Positions 10,303 through 19,557 are shown, numbered from the stretch's first letter. The stretch is 64,000 nucleotides of DNA from a virus (IMGVR_UViG_2974670102_000001:198654-262653), one strand, 5' to 3'. The notes: a model not told the origin generated them from the sequence alone. Program-made: numbers and translations.

Positions 10303-10692
10303 ATGATCAAGACCCAGAGCCCGAGCCAATTGGGGATTCCGCCCACCGCCCTGTATCTGGACGAGAGTACCACACGCACGCTCCATGACGTGAAGTCGCA
10401 TCCGCGTCCGTTTCAGGATGTGTGGGACGGGAACAAGCGGGCGGAAGTACGCGTCAACGACCGCGATTACGGGCAAGGGGACGCGCTGCTGATCCGCGAA
10501 TACGATCCGGGGCCCCGACCGTGGGACCGGCATTCCGCTTTCTACACGGGTCGCGAGATCGTGGCGATCATCACCCACGTGCAGCAGGGTTATGGACTGC
10601 CTCCAGACCTCGTGGTGCTTAGCATCGACGTGGTAGACCGTCAGGAACGTCCTGTCCTTAGCGGGGTTAAGGAAGAACGCAAAATTTTTTGA
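10303..10692 (+). CDS. DUF3850 / ASCH (PUA-like) domain protein
   Basis: HDVK..P..F..V..G.K.AEVR.NDRDY..GD.L..REY...YTGR.I...ITHV...VVLSI. Confidence 0.85.
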   Translation: MIKTQSPSQLGIPPTALYLDESTTRTLHDVKSHPRPFQDVWDGNKRAEVRVNDRDYGQGDALLIREYDPGPRPWDRHSAFYTGREIVAIITHVQQGYGLPPDLVVLSIDVVDRQERPVLSGVKEERKIF

Positions 10693-10728
10693 GCCCCGTA
10701 TAAACGTTTCACCGTAGAAATGAAAACG

Positions 10729-10772
10729 AAAAAGCCCCGTACAACTTCATCGGTTGTACGGGGTTTTTCTTT
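10729..10772 (+). terminator. rho-independent terminator overlapping a sigma70-like promoter
   Basis: AAAAAGCCCCGTACAAC-loop-GTTGTACGGGGTTTTT; TTGTAC(10754)-17-TATGAT(10777). Confidence 0.8.
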
Positions 10773-10814
10773 GTGCTATGATGCACCATTGACTACCACC
10801 ACACAGGAGCCGTC

Positions 10815-11117
10815 ATGTTCGCACGCGACCGCAAATCTGCCCAACAGGCCCGGGCGTCCCAGACTACACCAACCCGTGAACAGGCACGTCGCCTGAGCCT
10901 GCACCAGCAGGTAGAAATCGTGTTGGAGGGTTTCACGCTACCGGACGAGGCACGGGCCCGACTCGAACGCGCAGTCAACATGGAAAAAGCCGAAGCCTAT
11001 CTGGTGCTCCGTGATGACGAGAAACAGGCGCTACGACGAGCCGAGGACGCACTCCAGAAGATGGGGTGGTGGGATGATCTGGCGGTCGTGAGGTGCCTGC
11101 GTTCCAGAGCCCAGTAA
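10815..11117 (+). CDS. hypothetical protein
   Basis: AGGAG RBS. Confidence 0.65.
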   Translation: MFARDRKSAQQARASQTTPTREQARRLSLHQQVEIVLEGFTLPDEARARLERAVNMEKAEAYLVLRDDEKQALRRAEDALQKMGWWDDLAVVRCLRSRAQ

Positions 11118-12731
11118 TTACACCAGATATGGGGAATCCACGACCCGCACCGGCTTCTTCTTGCCCTTGATCGCAAGCATAGAATTCACGGTTCTGGATT
11201 CCCTGCGCTTTTCATCCGCCTGCTTTACCATCCCCGGGTTCTGTCGACGTGCCTTAGCGATTTTCTGTGCACGCTCGTCGACTATCACGCGCGCCAACTT
11301 CCCCCGGGTCACCAGAACGCCTGTGCGCTTCTCGATCTCGCGCCCCAGCTTCTTCTGGCTTGTCCGGATTTCACCAGCCTTTGCTGCCTGCTTGAGAGAA
11401 TCCAGTACCTGAGCCGCTAGTTCCTCCTTCGCCTTTTTCCTGTCTACAGCAGCCTGTGTGCGGGCCGTGGCCTTGGCCCTGACCACCTTCTTCTTCACCT
11501 TTGGCTTGTGGAGTTCCTGTACCTCAGCCTCACTGAGTTCCTGCATGTCGGACTCAAGTTCGGGGGCTTTCCGATGCTGGTGACCTACGCCCAACAGTTT
11601 GTCCTGCTCGTGGCGTCGACGTGCCGAATCGCGTTGTTTTGCTGCCGTGCTGCCTGCCTTTTTCGGTCTCCCGCCCTTGTTGACCTCACGTTCGGGTAGC
11701 GGTTCTGTGGATAGTTGGGATTCCGATCCAGTTCCGTCCGCGTGAACCACGTCAATCCAGTCTGCAAACGGGTCGATTCCCACGCCAATCGTGGTGGAGT
11801 TCTGGGATTGTACAGGATTCCTGTGCTTCTCTCCACCAGTCGTAACGCCCACGCCCACGCCCACGCCCACGCCCACGCCCACGCCCACGCCCACGCCCAC
11901 GCCAGCAGTCCCAATATCACCAAACAAGTCACTGAGTTCCTTGTCGGATTGTGTTGGTGTGCCCGTGCCCGTCTGGGCCCCGATGGGTGTGCTATAACTG
12001 GACACCGATTGCTTTGGGGTCGTGAGTTCCTGTGAATTAGCGTCGATCACCCCGTTTCGGTTAGAGAGCGTGGATTCGAGCATCAGGACCCTCGATTCAG
12101 CTAGTTCTGCCCGCTGTTCGGCATCGAGACGGGCCTGATCCTGTGGATCGATCTCTAGCCCCTGTTGGGTGGCCTGTAGTGCTCGTAGCGCATAGTTTTC
12201 TTCATTAAAAATTGGCGCTACGGGCCTCTTTTTAGGCTTTGTGCGTGGATACACAGGATCAGTAGATTGAGCGGGCACCGGTTTAATGAGGTGTTTTACG
12301 CCACCCGATTCGGACTCCGAAATATCGAGCATGAAGTCGTCATCGAGTTCACCAGATGCTTGGGAGTCCTCACGAACTTCGGGGCCCGGGCCCCACTCCC
12401 AATCGTCGTCCGCGTCCTCATCATCGTAGGATTCCTGAGCAACTGCGTAACCGCGATTGATGGCACCCGCACCCGCGATCTCGGAAATCGCGAGGTTGAG
12501 GTTCAGGGCGTGGAATTCGGCACCCGATTCACAGGGTTCGCGTAGGACAGTGGGCTTCATCCCCATGTCGTGGAGACGGGCGACCACAGGATCGTGCATG
12601 AGACTCGACATCCGGATCGGCTGGTCCCCGTGCTGGACGAGCGCGAGAATCGGTTTGTTGGTGAAAGTGTAGCCCTGCACCGTGAACGAGCCGGGATGGG
12701 TGGGATCGAGTAAAATAATCAGATGTTGCAT
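11118..12731 (-). CDS. low-complexity protein: acidic N-terminal half, (GV)10 repeat, basic C-terminus with GGRPKK and an HTH-like segment
   Basis: 537-aa ORF opposite to all neighbouring genes; TSQKKLGREIEKRTGVLVTRGKLARVI. Confidence 0.7.
   Translation of the reverse strand: MQHLIILLDPTHPGSFTVQGYTFTNKPILALVQHGDQPIRMSSLMHDPVVARLHDMGMKPTVLREPCESGAEFHALNLNLAISEIAGAGAINRGYAVAQESYDDEDADDDWEWGPGPEVREDSQASGELDDDFMLDISESESGGVKHLIKPVPAQSTDPVYPRTKPKKRPVAPIFNEENYALRALQATQQGLEIDPQDQARLDAEQRAELAESRVLMLESTLSNRNGVIDANSQELTTPKQSVSSYSTPIGAQTGTGTPTQSDKELSDLFGDIGTAGVGVGVGVGVGVGVGVGVGVTTGGEKHRNPVQSQNSTTIGVGIDPFADWIDVVHADGTGSESQLSTEPLPEREVNKGGRPKKAGSTAAKQRDSARRRHEQDKLLGVGHQHRKAPELESDMQELSEAEVQELHKPKVKKKVVRAKATARTQAAVDRKKAKEELAAQVLDSLKQAAKAGEIRTSQKKLGREIEKRTGVLVTRGKLARVIVDERAQKIAKARRQNPGMVKQADEKRRESRTVNSMLAIKGKKKPVRVVDSPYLV
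11845..11903. repeat. perfect hexanucleotide tandem repeat (ACGCCC)x9.8
   Basis: Read directly; in-frame, encodes (GV)10 on the minus strand. Confidence 0.97.
12181..12225 (-). repeat. 17-bp core TTTTTAATGAAGAAAAC inside an 11-bp inverted repeat (copy 1)
   Basis: Core 12195-12211 on the minus strand; arms 12181-12191 and 12215-12225 match at 10/11. Confidence 0.75.
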
Positions 12732-12788
12732 TTTTGTACCTATCTGTGTTATTGTTGGTCTACATGAAATTAGTGGAAGTGAGGAACT

Positions 12789-13031
12789 ATGAGCGTACAG
12801 ATGATGCGGGTCAGACAGGAACTGGAGGCCACTGTTGTTGCGGAATACGGGCCCGGGGCCGAGGACGAAGAAATTACGATGACGCGGTATGAATTGCTGC
12901 TGCTGATGCAGGTGGGGGTTCGTCGTGTGGCGGCCCGGGACCCCGATTTGTCGTTTTTGGTGCGTGAGGGGCTGGGGCTTGGTCGGCGGGTCGAGCGTTC
13001 TAGGGTTCGGGATAAGTGGAGTAGGATTTGA
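12789..13031 (+). CDS. hypothetical protein
   Basis: GAGG RBS; G/T-rich DNA; stop codon lies within the -35 of the next promoter. Confidence 0.5.
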   Translation: MSVQMMRVRQELEATVVAEYGPGAEDEEITMTRYELLLLMQVGVRRVAARDPDLSFLVREGLGLGRRVERSRVRDKWSRI

Positions 13032-13056
13032 CAGGCGTGGAAAAGTTGGGTAAGAT
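13028..13056 (+). promoter_or_regulatory. sigma70-type promoter
   Basis: TTGACA-17-TAAGAT. Confidence 0.8.
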
Positions 13057-13118
13057 CGGCCAATGTTGAATTAACTGGATTGGCGTGTTGAGCGCCAGCG
13101 AAACTACTGGGAGGTGTT

Positions 13119-13940
13119 ATGTCGGATCAGGTGAATGGGGGTTTGTTGAAGGTCGGTGAGTTGGGTGATGAACGCAGTGAATCACTCAAGGTCGGTGAGT
13201 TGGGGGTTGGTTGTAGACTTTATGACTTTTTCGTCGCATTCAGCAACTGGCTGGAGCGCGGCGAGTCCCAGCAATCTCTCGAACACGGCCTCGGATTCTC
13301 GCGCTATTATGGCCTGTGTTCCAACCTCAACAAGTGGCTGCTTGATCGGGACCATCGACTTTTCGGGACCGACCAACACGGTCAACCGAGGGGCTGCTTA
13401 TGGTACGCACGCGTCGACGAGTTTCAACGGGCACTCCAAGCGCTGTTTGCTGATCGCGGGCTGGATCGTGCGACACCGTTTGATGCTGACGAACTGGCGT
13501 ACGAGCGCGCGGCGCAAGGCCATACTCTATACGTCAATCAGGCACGTCTCGCGTTCATCCGCGACGCGTGTGCCGGACTCACGCTGACCACCAGCCAGAT
13601 CGAGCGTGCTATCGACGCGTTCTACATCGATATCGACAAGGCGGCCCCCCTGATCACGCGGCACACCAAGCGTGAGTTGTTCGAGCCCGTGTACGGCCTG
13701 TGCCAGAATTTCGTGTTCTGGCAGCGTGCGCAAGGCGTTGAGCGATCACGCGTGCGCACGTTCCTGAATAATGCGCTGGTGCGTGAGTTCACGGACGCTG
13801 GCATGGATTCGCTGTATCCGTTCAATGCGGGCCGCGCAGAAAAGTACAACGCGGAAGAAAATACGTTCCTGAACCCGCGACGCCGCAAGTGGATTCGTGA
13901 TCGCGCGGCCGTCGCCCTCGTACGTATGGGGGTCAAGTGA
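13119..13940 (+). CDS. protein with two 'GLCxN...PF[ND]...NxxR' repeat domains
   Basis: GGAGG RBS; GLCSNL..TPFD..LYVNQARLAFI and GLCQNF..YPFN..FLNPRRRKWI. Confidence 0.8.
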   Translation: MSDQVNGGLLKVGELGDERSESLKVGELGVGCRLYDFFVAFSNWLERGESQQSLEHGLGFSRYYGLCSNLNKWLLDRDHRLFGTDQHGQPRGCLWYARVDEFQRALQALFADRGLDRATPFDADELAYERAAQGHTLYVNQARLAFIRDACAGLTLTTSQIERAIDAFYIDIDKAAPLITRHTKRELFEPVYGLCQNFVFWQRAQGVERSRVRTFLNNALVREFTDAGMDSLYPFNAGRAEKYNAEENTFLNPRRRKWIRDRAAVALVRMGVK

Positions 13941-14365
13941 GTTACCAGCTTTCGATGGATGATGTTCTGGGTCTGGGTCACGGCATGCACCACATGGAAA
14001 CGCGTCGTGGCATGATGACGAAAGCAGAGCCTGAACCGGCCGCGCCAGCGCCCCCGCGTCCGAAACGCGTGAACAAAGTGTTCAGGGATCGGACGATTCG
14101 TATCAGCGCCGTGGACATGGATAAGCTGGCATGGACCTATGCCGAGTATCTGGAGTCCGATTGCCCGGATGCTGAGAAGGATGCAGCACTCGATATCGCG
14201 CACCTGATGCTCAAAGTGCTCGACCAGATCACGGATATCCGTAAGCATCCGAAATACGTAGAAACCAGCGACGACTACGCGGAGGCCGAGGCCCAAGCCG
14301 AGCGCGAACGTGCGGAACGCAGGGCCCGGCGCGCTAAGCGTGGACAAAACACACAGGAGAAATGA
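13937..14365 (+). CDS. hypothetical protein
   Basis: GTGA overlap. Confidence 0.65.
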   Translation: MSYQLSMDDVLGLGHGMHHMETRRGMMTKAEPEPAAPAPPRPKRVNKVFRDRTIRISAVDMDKLAWTYAEYLESDCPDAEKDAALDIAHLMLKVLDQITDIRKHPKYVETSDDYAEAEAQAERERAERRARRAKRGQNTQEK

Positions 14366-14745
14366 GTATGGCAGAATGGAACAAGCACCACGGGCGACCA
14401 TTTGACCGTAGCACGTGGACGCCGGAAGACTACACGAAGATGGATGCGCATGAACTGTCCCTCGCTATCGATTACAGTTTGCGGGCGGCCCGCACACTGG
14501 GCAAGAACGAGGCAGAACTGGATTTCGACCTTCGTATCGATTTCCCGTACGAGTATTCAGGTTACAGGCTGGCCGCCGCCTTCCTGACCGAATACGACAA
14601 CGACGGTTTCGGTATCGAATCCGACGAAGTTGTCGACGCCCTGATCCGCGTGCTTCAGCGCTACGAAGAAAGTGGCGGTGCCGCCCATATCGGGTACAAG
14701 ACCGGGATCATGGGCAACGAGCTTGCACCGGCACCGTATCACTGA
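14362..14745 (+). CDS. acidic hypothetical protein
   Basis: AGGAG RBS. Confidence 0.7.
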   Translation: MSMAEWNKHHGRPFDRSTWTPEDYTKMDAHELSLAIDYSLRAARTLGKNEAELDFDLRIDFPYEYSGYRLAAAFLTEYDNDGFGIESDEVVDALIRVLQRYEESGGAAHIGYKTGIMGNELAPAPYH

Positions 14746-14751
14746 TATAGT
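14723..14751 (+). promoter_or_regulatory. sigma70-type promoter
   Basis: TTGCAC-17-TATAGT. Confidence 0.6.
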
Positions 14752-14784
14752 CGCGTTAGCTCAACATCTGAATGGGAGGTAAAA

Positions 14785-15144
14785 ATGGAAGAACCGAAGA
14801 TCAACATGGCCGTGTACCCGCAACTCGTTACCTCGGAACGATTCGAGCACTTCATCGAAAATAACCTCGAAAAGCACCTCATCGAGTGGTTCGGCCAGAC
14901 CGCTCTCGACGAGTGCGAGGGCATGATCAATCGCGTGCGAATCGCGAGCATGACCCAGTCGTTTGCCAACAAGCTTCTGACGTTCGCGCGTATCGAGCAT
15001 GGGCCCGTCGTGTCGGAGGAAATGGCGGTCGATGCAGCCCGCGCCATGACCAATCTGGAGTTGCGCATCAACAAGCCCAAGTTGAACGAATGGGAAGAGA
15101 CGTTTGCAGGTCACCTGCTGGCTGTCGCGAAGGTGGGTGCCTAA
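14785..15144 (+). CDS. hypothetical protein
   Basis: GGAGG RBS. Confidence 0.75.
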   Translation: MEEPKINMAVYPQLVTSERFEHFIENNLEKHLIEWFGQTALDECEGMINRVRIASMTQSFANKLLTFARIEHGPVVSEEMAVDAARAMTNLELRINKPKLNEWEETFAGHLLAVAKVGA

Positions 15145-15903
15145 ATGGTGTTCCTAAACTGGTACAAGAAACTGTCGGGCGGCCGTGCGAGCCCTATCGC
15201 GACCGTCGCAGAGGCAATCAAGCAGGCGGCCCCGGACTCCAAGTACCCGACCGATGTATTCAAGGGTGACCACAAGAAACTGGTGGAGGAAGCCTCCGCG
15301 TTTCTGCGCACCAACAAACCGGGTGCCGAGTTCTACATCAGGACGAGTTCTTGGGCCGAGGACGTGGTGAAGTACGCGCTGGTGGCCCTGAATCAGGCTG
15401 GGCTGTACCCGCTTTATGAATGGCGGATGGTCGAGACGCTGAAACGGGAACACCCGATGATCGGCGGCCAGTCCAACGACTACATCCACGTGCTGACGGT
15501 GCGTGAGCCCGTACCCGCGCTTACCGCGACTGACGCACGCGAAGGTGCGGACGACGCTCGCAAGGAACTGCACGCGCGAGCCGCACGCACGGCCACCTCG
15601 GTGCTGACCGGGATCGATATCGCAGTTGACGCCGCACGTCGACGTGCAGACCTGCGTGCCAAGATCGAGCTTGCGTACGATTATCTGGACAACAAAGAGT
15701 ACGAAAGTGAGCTTCTGCGCCTGCTCCGTAACGAGTTGACGGCGCGCGGGTTCCAGTACGAGATCGATGTACAACGTGTCAGGACCAGCATGTACAACCA
15801 CTCGTGGCGCGTCTGCGGCACCCTCCACTGGGGCAGCGACGCACAGCCGGATTTGTTTGACACGGCTCCGCGAGAGATCAAGGAGGAAGGCGTGGATGGC
15901 TAA
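15145..15903 (+). CDS. hypothetical protein
   Basis: Start abuts the upstream stop codon; 252 aa. Confidence 0.75.
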   Translation: MVFLNWYKKLSGGRASPIATVAEAIKQAAPDSKYPTDVFKGDHKKLVEEASAFLRTNKPGAEFYIRTSSWAEDVVKYALVALNQAGLYPLYEWRMVETLKREHPMIGGQSNDYIHVLTVREPVPALTATDAREGADDARKELHARAARTATSVLTGIDIAVDAARRRADLRAKIELAYDYLDNKEYESELLRLLRNELTARGFQYEIDVQRVRTSMYNHSWRVCGTLHWGSDAQPDLFDTAPREIKEEGVDG

Positions 15904-16345
15904 ACCGTACTACCTGATCAGCGCGGACATCGCTGAGGTGCAGGTCCTGTCGATTCTGTCGAACGAGGTGCAAGTCGAGTACGACCGGCTCGTGTCCGAG
16001 GCCAACACCAAGTTCTACCGGGGCTGTACCACGGTCATCCGCTCGCACATGGTCCATCACATGCAGAATCTGCTGGACCGGTTCTATCACTCGGACACGA
16101 TTGCGGGCTACGTGATCACGTGTGACGACGACACGAATCCGGGCGACGAGTTGCACGGGCTCAACATGCTGATCCATATTCCGCCCGGAGGCCAGCGCGG
16201 CGACGGTGTGGTGGAGCATCTGTTCCGTGGCCGTCGTTCGAATCCGGAGGCGGCTAAGGCGCTGGACAACGCAGTGGCCTACGCATCGACGATTCCGGCT
16301 CCGGAGCCGGTTTCGGATGCTGATCTTTACATGGAGGGTTTTTGA
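15896..16345 (+). CDS. hypothetical protein, weak resemblance to tail-sheath C-terminal domain
   Basis: GGAGG RBS; IAGYVITCDDDTNP..L..LNMLIHIPP. Confidence 0.55.
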   Translation: MAKPYYLISADIAEVQVLSILSNEVQVEYDRLVSEANTKFYRGCTTVIRSHMVHHMQNLLDRFYHSDTIAGYVITCDDDTNPGDELHGLNMLIHIPPGGQRGDGVVEHLFRGRRSNPEAAKALDNAVAYASTIPAPEPVSDADLYMEGF

Positions 16346-16554
16346 TGAAAGACAAACGTTACGATGCGCGGCTCAAGGAGTACGTGGAAAGCCCGGCCCA
16401 CGTCGAGGCTTTCCTAGACGAGTACGAGGCACTGTGCCAGAAATTCGGCCTGAGTCTCGGCCACGAGGATGCGCACGGTGGTTTCATCATCGAGGAATTT
16501 CACGAATACAACATGAAGTGGGTGCGCGAGGCGTCCATGCAGGTGGAGGAATAA
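16345..16554 (+). CDS. hypothetical protein
   Basis: GGAGG RBS; TGATG overlap. Confidence 0.7.
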   Translation: MKDKRYDARLKEYVESPAHVEAFLDEYEALCQKFGLSLGHEDAHGGFIIEEFHEYNMKWVREASMQVEE

Positions 16555-16736
16555 TGGACCGAAGTGACGAGTATTACGAAGGCTACGATGCGTTCTGCGC
16601 CGGGCTCACTGACGCGGATAATCCGTACGAAGCTGGCACCGACAAGGGTATGGACTGGTTCGACGGCCATATGGATGCCGAGTGCGACCACATGGCCCCG
16701 GAACGTGAAGACGGCCCCCAGACGGAGGCACCGTGA
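16554..16736 (+). CDS. RMF-like (ribosome modulation factor-like) small protein
   Basis: YYEGYDAFCAG...NPY....WFDGH matches the RMF pattern GYxAG..CPY..WxxGW. Confidence 0.6.
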   Translation: MDRSDEYYEGYDAFCAGLTDADNPYEAGTDKGMDWFDGHMDAECDHMAPEREDGPQTEAP

Positions 16737-16942
16737 CCCTTATCGAACTGGCGAACAAAGTGAACCAGATGCTGGCAGACGGCGCGGACCCCAATCTCGT
16801 GGTCGGCGGCCCTGATCCGTATGGTGACCTGCTGTGCGAGTTGCTGGATATCGGACTCGCGCAGGGTGCCAATGCCGTACGCCGTGGCAAACAGCAGTAC
16901 GTTGAATTGCTGGGAATCTGGTCGTTACCGGACCCGGACTAA
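16733..16942 (+). CDS. hypothetical protein
   Basis: GGAGG RBS; GTGA overlap. Confidence 0.6.
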   Translation: MTLIELANKVNQMLADGADPNLVVGGPDPYGDLLCELLDIGLAQGANAVRRGKQQYVELLGIWSLPDPD

Positions 16943-16952
16943 TGGAGGAAGG

Positions 16953-17798
16953 ATGTCGAAGAAGATGAAGAAGGACGTTATGGGTAACCAGATGAAAGCG
17001 TTCGAAGCGCAGGAAACGGGTCGCGAATTCATGCCCGAAACGTACATCGTGGCGCGTCTCGACGGCCGTGCGTTCCACACGTTCACGCGTGGTCTGGAGC
17101 GCCCGTACTCGAAGCGGTTCTCGCGCTGCATGCTCACGACTGCGGCTGCTCTCGTCGAGGATTTCCACGCGGACCTCGCATACACCCAAAGCGACGAGAT
17201 CACGCTGATGTGGGAACCGCGTGCTCAGGAAAACCTGCCGTTTGCGGGCCGCATCTTCAAATTCAATTCGCTGCTGGCAGCACGCGCATCCGTCGCGTTC
17301 CTGCGGGCGGTGGCGCAGGAGATTCCTGAGAAGGCGCACCTGAATCCGCTGTTCGACTGCCGCGCGTTCGCTACCCCGAACGAGGAAGTTGCGTTCTCCC
17401 AGTTCCTGTGGCGCGAGATCGATGCCACGCGCAACTCACTGATGATGCTGGCGCAGGCTCACTACTCCCACAAGGAGTTGCACGGCAAGGGCTCGGCGGC
17501 CCAGCACGATCTGCTGCACGCGCGTGGCATCAACTGGAACGACGAGCCCGCGTTCTTCAAGCGCGGGACCTACTTGCGCCGCTTGAACTACATGCGTACG
17601 CTCAGCGACGCGGAACTGGCACGTATTCCGGTGGCCAAGCGCCCTGACGGTCCGGTGATCAGGAGCAACGTGTTCCCGCTGGCGGTGCCACCGGTCGCCA
17701 GTTTGGGCAGGTTCGATGCGATCTACGAATGTGGTGCTGATCGTACCAATCCGTGGTTCCCGGACGAGCGTCTGCGGGACTTGCCAGCCTATAACTAA
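16953..17798 (+). CDS. tRNA(His) guanylyltransferase Thg1-like (3'-5' polymerase)
   Basis: RLDGRAFHTFT, YTQSDEITL, FDCRAF, WREIDATRNS, GINWN..P.FFKRG. Confidence 0.93.
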   Translation: MSKKMKKDVMGNQMKAFEAQETGREFMPETYIVARLDGRAFHTFTRGLERPYSKRFSRCMLTTAAALVEDFHADLAYTQSDEITLMWEPRAQENLPFAGRIFKFNSLLAARASVAFLRAVAQEIPEKAHLNPLFDCRAFATPNEEVAFSQFLWREIDATRNSLMMLAQAHYSHKELHGKGSAAQHDLLHARGINWNDEPAFFKRGTYLRRLNYMRTLSDAELARIPVAKRPDGPVIRSNVFPLAVPPVASLGRFDAIYECGADRTNPWFPDERLRDLPAYN

Positions 17799-17809
17799 TC
17801 GTGTAAAGT
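17781..17809 (+). promoter_or_regulatory. sigma70-type promoter
   Basis: TTGCCA-17-TAAAGT. Confidence 0.55.
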
Positions 17810-17832
17810 TTGGCCTCTTTTACGGAGGTTGA

Positions 17833-17976
17833 ATGAAAAGCGATGAGTTTTACGCCGGTCGGCTTGCAGGTCTGTGTCACCGCCTGCGAGTCAACCCGCA
17901 TCAAACGAAGAGCAAACGCGCTGACTGGTTCGCCGGGTACGACGAGGCAAAGCGCATTCTCAAGGAGAAGCAATGA
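17833..17976 (+). CDS. RMF-like small protein (47 aa, not in ORF track)
   Basis: GGAGG RBS; MKSDEFYAGRLAGLCHRLRVNPHQTKSKRADWFAGYDEAKRILKEKQ. Confidence 0.65.
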   Translation: MKSDEFYAGRLAGLCHRLRVNPHQTKSKRADWFAGYDEAKRILKEKQ

Positions 17977-18239
17977 AGGTTCGCAAGATCGCGAAGCGGC
18001 CACCGACGTACCTGCGTGTGGACACCGTGAACGTACCGACCGGATTCTACGGTGTGACGCAGCGGAAAACGAAGAACGGCGTAGACATCCACCTGATCAC
18101 GGAGCGGAAGGAGTTCATCGCCCTGTACGGTCAGCCGGATTTCGACACCACGGTCACGATCACGGATCGTGGAATCGCGTTGTTGGCCAGCCTCGATTTC
18201 CCGAGAGTGGTGCCTTATGCACAGCGGGTGCGCACGTGA
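17973..18239 (+). CDS. hypothetical protein (MKVRKIAKR N-terminus)
   Basis: First 9 aa identical to 33001..33330. Confidence 0.7.
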   Translation: MKVRKIAKRPPTYLRVDTVNVPTGFYGVTQRKTKNGVDIHLITERKEFIALYGQPDFDTTVTITDRGIALLASLDFPRVVPYAQRVRT

Positions 18240-18445
18240 AGCACAAAATCCGCCATTTTGTGGGGACCGTGGAGCAGCCTCCGATTGAGGTGGACACCTC
18301 GATCCTCAACGATTCCACCTACCAATGGGCCAAGACACTGGTGCGCTGGTACGACGAGATCGGTCACTGGAACAACGATTCTGAAAACTCCAGCCTCTTC
18401 AACCTGCTGAAGCAGGAGATCAAGGAATACGAGGTTCGGCAATGA
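18236..18445 (+). CDS. hypothetical protein
   Basis: GTGA/ATGA coupling. Confidence 0.6.
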   Translation: MKHKIRHFVGTVEQPPIEVDTSILNDSTYQWAKTLVRWYDEIGHWNNDSENSSLFNLLKQEIKEYEVRQ

Positions 18446-18654
18446 ACAGATACAACAGTTTCCCCGAAATCCACCACCACGACGCGGCGGACCTAGCACG
18501 CGATCTCGTGAAGTGGATCGAGGCGTCGGACCCAGAATTGGGCTCTCCCCTTCTGGACTTCTGCTATCGTCTGGAAGACGAGATTACCGCATTCCAAGAC
18601 CGTATCATCGTGGCGGACCGCGAAGCGTATTATCAGCATTATACGCCGAAGTAG
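18442..18654 (+). CDS. hypothetical protein
   Basis: GAGG RBS. Confidence 0.65.
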   Translation: MNRYNSFPEIHHHDAADLARDLVKWIEASDPELGSPLLDFCYRLEDEITAFQDRIIVADREAYYQHYTPK

Positions 18655-18700
18655 TTGACAAGTCCCGTTCAGTTGAATAAACTGGCGGGACTTTATCTTT
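18655..18700 (+). promoter_or_regulatory. sigma70 promoter embedded in a terminator-like hairpin
   Basis: TTGACA-17-TAAACT; AAGTCCCG..CAGTT/AACTG..CGGGACTT stem followed by a T tract. Confidence 0.75.
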
Positions 18701-18713
18701 TCTGGGGCGCAAA

Positions 18714-19343
18714 ATGCAGACCAAACAGATCAACAAACTGGAAGTCCTGAAGAACGTCATCAAGTGCGACTCGAACGCCGATGGTTGGGTTGATGCATAC
18801 AAGATGGCGCATGCACTGGAACTCTACAGCTTCCACGGCGGCCCGGACGACGCGCAGACCCGTCTCCGGGCCTATGCGGTCACCGAATGGCTCTGTACGG
18901 ACACCCACGTGGGCCTCAGCGCCATCTACTTCGACGGCAAGCTCGTTGGCTGCATCGAACAGTGGTCGCGTAAGGGTGACGTGAACTACTCGTGGGTGAG
19001 TGCCGAGGCCGCGATGGCGGTCCGCAACTTTCTGGCCGAGGGCATGGAATTCGAGTTCCCGACCATCGGAGCCGATGACACTGTGGATTCGCGCTATCGC
19101 GTGAACTACCGTGATCAGATTCTGTGCGTCAACGGTTGGTACGCCGGTAAACCGGTCACCTACGTCAAGGAGCCGCGCGCTCGGGTAGACGGGAAGTATC
19201 TGGCGTTCGACGCCGATTACGACTGCGTTATCCTGATCGCGCACGAGGACGGCACCACCGAACGGATTCCGGTGTCCGAGTTCTACATGGACCTGCATGT
19301 CCCGAAGCACGTGGTCGACGATCTGTTGACAGACGCCGAATAA
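18714..19343 (+). CDS. hypothetical protein
   Basis: 209-aa ORF directly after a promoter. Confidence 0.75.
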   Translation: MQTKQINKLEVLKNVIKCDSNADGWVDAYKMAHALELYSFHGGPDDAQTRLRAYAVTEWLCTDTHVGLSAIYFDGKLVGCIEQWSRKGDVNYSWVSAEAAMAVRNFLAEGMEFEFPTIGADDTVDSRYRVNYRDQILCVNGWYAGKPVTYVKEPRARVDGKYLAFDADYDCVILIAHEDGTTERIPVSEFYMDLHVPKHVVDDLLTDAE

Positions 19344-19354
19344 GCGCGTACGAT
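19326..19354 (+). promoter_or_regulatory. sigma70-type promoter
   Basis: TTGACA-17-TACGAT. Confidence 0.75.
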
Positions 19355-19380
19355 ACGCCCATCTGATCACGGGAGGCCCT

Positions 19381-19557
19381 ATGAAATACTTCTGGATTGC
19401 GGTTGTCGCGTTTCTCGTCTGCGACGCCTACCTGTACACTGAGAACGGTGAGTCGTATTTCTGGGGCAACCAACACCGTATCGAACGCCTTTTCAAACAC
19501 GTGGCTCTCAGCCTCGGCACCTATCACGGTCAACAGGAGGACCAAGACGATGAATAA
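19381..19557 (+). CDS. small protein with N-terminal TM/signal segment (not in ORF track)
   Basis: GGAGG RBS; MKYFWIAVVAFLVCDAYLY. Confidence 0.6.
   Translation: MKYFWIAVVAFLVCDAYLYTENGESYFWGNQHRIERLFKHVALSLGTYHGQQEDQDDE

Noticed and set aside
15896-15965. LISADIAEVQVLSILS as DNA polymerase A motif A
   Set aside because: The rest of the 149-aa protein has no other polymerase motif; probably chance or a tiny remnant.
16230-16255. GTTCGAATCC as a tRNA T-loop (also GGTTCGATCC near 1874)
   Set aside because: Both lie inside CDSs and no cloverleaf stems are evident.
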